Assembly (NCBI GenBank): GCA_051313645.2
Contig: JBNRSN020000005.1
Coordinates: forward strand, 248,248,001-248,312,000
DNA length: 64,000 bases
Direction of reading: 5' to 3'
Origin: Centroscyllium fabricii
Lineage: Eukaryota
This document shows positions 62,009 through 64,000 of the stretch, in pieces. The position numbers and the translations under genes are program-made. Under the pieces are notes generated by a model that worked only from the letters and a program-made list of their open reading frames with translations, ran no database searches and was not told where the DNA came from. How positions within the stretch are numbered: position 1 is the first letter of the stretch; each line of letters begins with the position of its first letter.

Positions 62009-63470
62009 ATGGAATTAAACCCAATTAGACAGAATGTTTTCCTGTTTGACTCTGAAAAACTCTGCTCCTGTTAAGCAACATTTATTCATCAACTTATATT
62101 TTGAAAGTGATTCAAGTGTTAATGAAGATATTTAATGTTAATCTATGTTAATGTTGATCAGTACAACTGTCAGTAAAATGTCTGAATAATATAAGAGCTT
62201 TATAAGAAACAGCGACAGACGTTTCATTCCATTTGCCTAAAAAGAAATATAGTGATGATTAACAATGCAGCATAAAACATTCCCAGGCGTATTTGCAGAG
62301 AAATAGTAAACTAATCTAGCAGCATTTATTATTAAAGAATAGACTGAAATAATCACTGTCTCGTATTAATGGGATGCTATTTCATTTTGCTATATGGAGA
62401 TAGCTAAGTAATTATGAAACCTTTCTCTAGTTAAATTGTCAGGACATTATAAAATCATCAACTATGAGAAAAGACCAAAATCACATGAGTTGGCAGTACT
62501 AAAGGTTATGGGTACAAGATCAAAGGTTCGATGTTTATGCAGGTCTGGGAGGGGAGGGGTGGTTTTAATACTCTTTAATAAATTCTACTTCAATGTTACT
62601 AGCTGCATCTCCTGCGTATCGTATATCTTCCCAGGATGGGGCAGCTCCAGAACAGTTCTCAGTCTGGTCCAGGGTCACAGGACCTGCTGTTTCCTGTGGA
62701 GCTGCTCCAAGATACACGGGTAGTCTTGCCAATAATGGTATCAGCATAGTGGTGAATCTGTTAGTTTTCTTCAACCAATGTGAGGGAGGTGGAAAGGAGA
62801 TATTTTCTTCCACTTTAAGTGTAAAAGGCCTGCCTTTAACAAGGTAAATGCTGAATTAATTCAAATTAAAAAAAAAATTCCACAGGTTTATTATTTTTAA
62901 ATACTTTAAAGAAAGGTACATTTATTTTTAGCCCCGTTAGAAAATACAATGAATTTTTTCAAAAATGTAAATTATTGTTTAAAATAGTTATTTCATGTAA
63001 TTTATAGCTATTTTTAAAATGTGTTTTTAAAAAATTTATTTGAAGTTTTAGTGATGTTTTGGGGCTTATAGTATTCATAGGTTTGACAGCTCTTCCTGTC
63101 AAACTTATGAATGGAGCATTCCCTGCTCCGATTGGCTCTCAATGGCCCACGTGATCCCAGGGGACGCAGCACACTAACTGCGCCGCTGGGATACGCGAGA
63201 ACTGCGCGCCGGCAGTTGGAGCAGGCCCAGAAATGGAATACCACGCGGGCCAGCAGCTCAATGGGCGGCGTAAGGTAAGTGCAGATTGGAGGCTTACACT
63301 CGCGGGAAGCCTCCGACCCGAATTTCTGGGCCAATAGAAAATGCACCAAGGCTCAGTGATTCAATGCATTGAGTGAAGTGGGATGAATCCATGCAAGCCA
63401 AGAAGGCTTCAAGTTCAATCCCTGCTCTGTACTCGTTCAGTAGATCTATGCTGGGATTCGGCGAGGCAAT

Positions 63471-64000
63471 GGGCCAGAAATTCGGGTTTGCCGGTTGGTG
63501 GGCATTAGGAACATGCGGAGCACTAATGAAGCCCAGCAACATCGGAGTTTTTTTTCTCTCAAAACTTGCGATTGGCTCCGCCCCCTTCGTTCGCAACGTG
63601 GCAGTCCAGCCACGTTACGTGCGAAGTGTAAGCCCCGCCCACAGATCCCAAATTTAAATAAAAAACGCCCACCAGATCCCTAATTTAAATGCCGAGATCC
63701 CGAGTCAGACATTAGTGAGAGCAGGTAAGTGCGGAGCTGCATAACAAAATCGTGGAGAGCAGCGCGGGGGCACAGCAGCAGCTCAGAGGAAGAAACGGCA
63801 GGTAAGTTCAGCCATTTTTTCTCCGTTTAAAAAAAAAAAATTAAAATTAGCTAGACAGTTAAAAATTTCACAAATGTAACTTTAAAAATTAGCGATTTCA
63901 ACCAGGTACATTAACTTAAAATTGGATTTGTTAAAAAAAATGTTTAACTTTAACTTAAAAATTTTACGTTACCGATCTGTCCACACTACTCCCAAAAACT
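63471..64000. mobile_element. PIF/Harbinger-type MITE (third family), runs off the window
   Basis: Starts GGGCCAGAAATTCGGGT, as does 50629. Confidence 0.72.

Noticed and set aside
62565-62847. Possible extra exon or nested gene
   Set aside because: No cadherin or other recognisable motif in the listed frames, and no convincing splice pair.

Overview
This is eukaryotic DNA, not prokaryotic. HE1-like SINEs and CR1 LINEs point to a cartilaginous fish (shark or ray). The window is intronic sequence of a protocadherin-15 (PCDH15) gene, and only one 225-nt coding exon is visible (23485-23709, + strand). Most of the rest is densely nested transposable elements. These are two Ty3/Gypsy families (two complete proviruses with paired LTRs and TSDs, three partial copies, several solo LTRs); CR1, L2 and RTE-X LINEs; a Penelope-like element with a minimal hammerhead ribozyme; tRNA-derived SINEs; Tigger/pogo and hAT MITEs; and many PIF/Harbinger elements (full-length, Myb-only and MITE). 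Most ORF-track entries are TE fragments or antisense shadows. I found no CRISPR array, operon or clearly new gene system. The best leads are small: a PPT-sequestering hairpin with pairing-preserving substitutions, a sense-strand hammerhead inside the host intron, a transposase-less Myb-only Harbinger abutting a full element, an intact RTE-X (possible horizontal transfer), MITEs carrying promoter and splice-donor cassettes, and SINE tail swapping. Family names come from motif recognition and recall, with no database search. Boundaries lacking a stated TSD or TIR are approximate.
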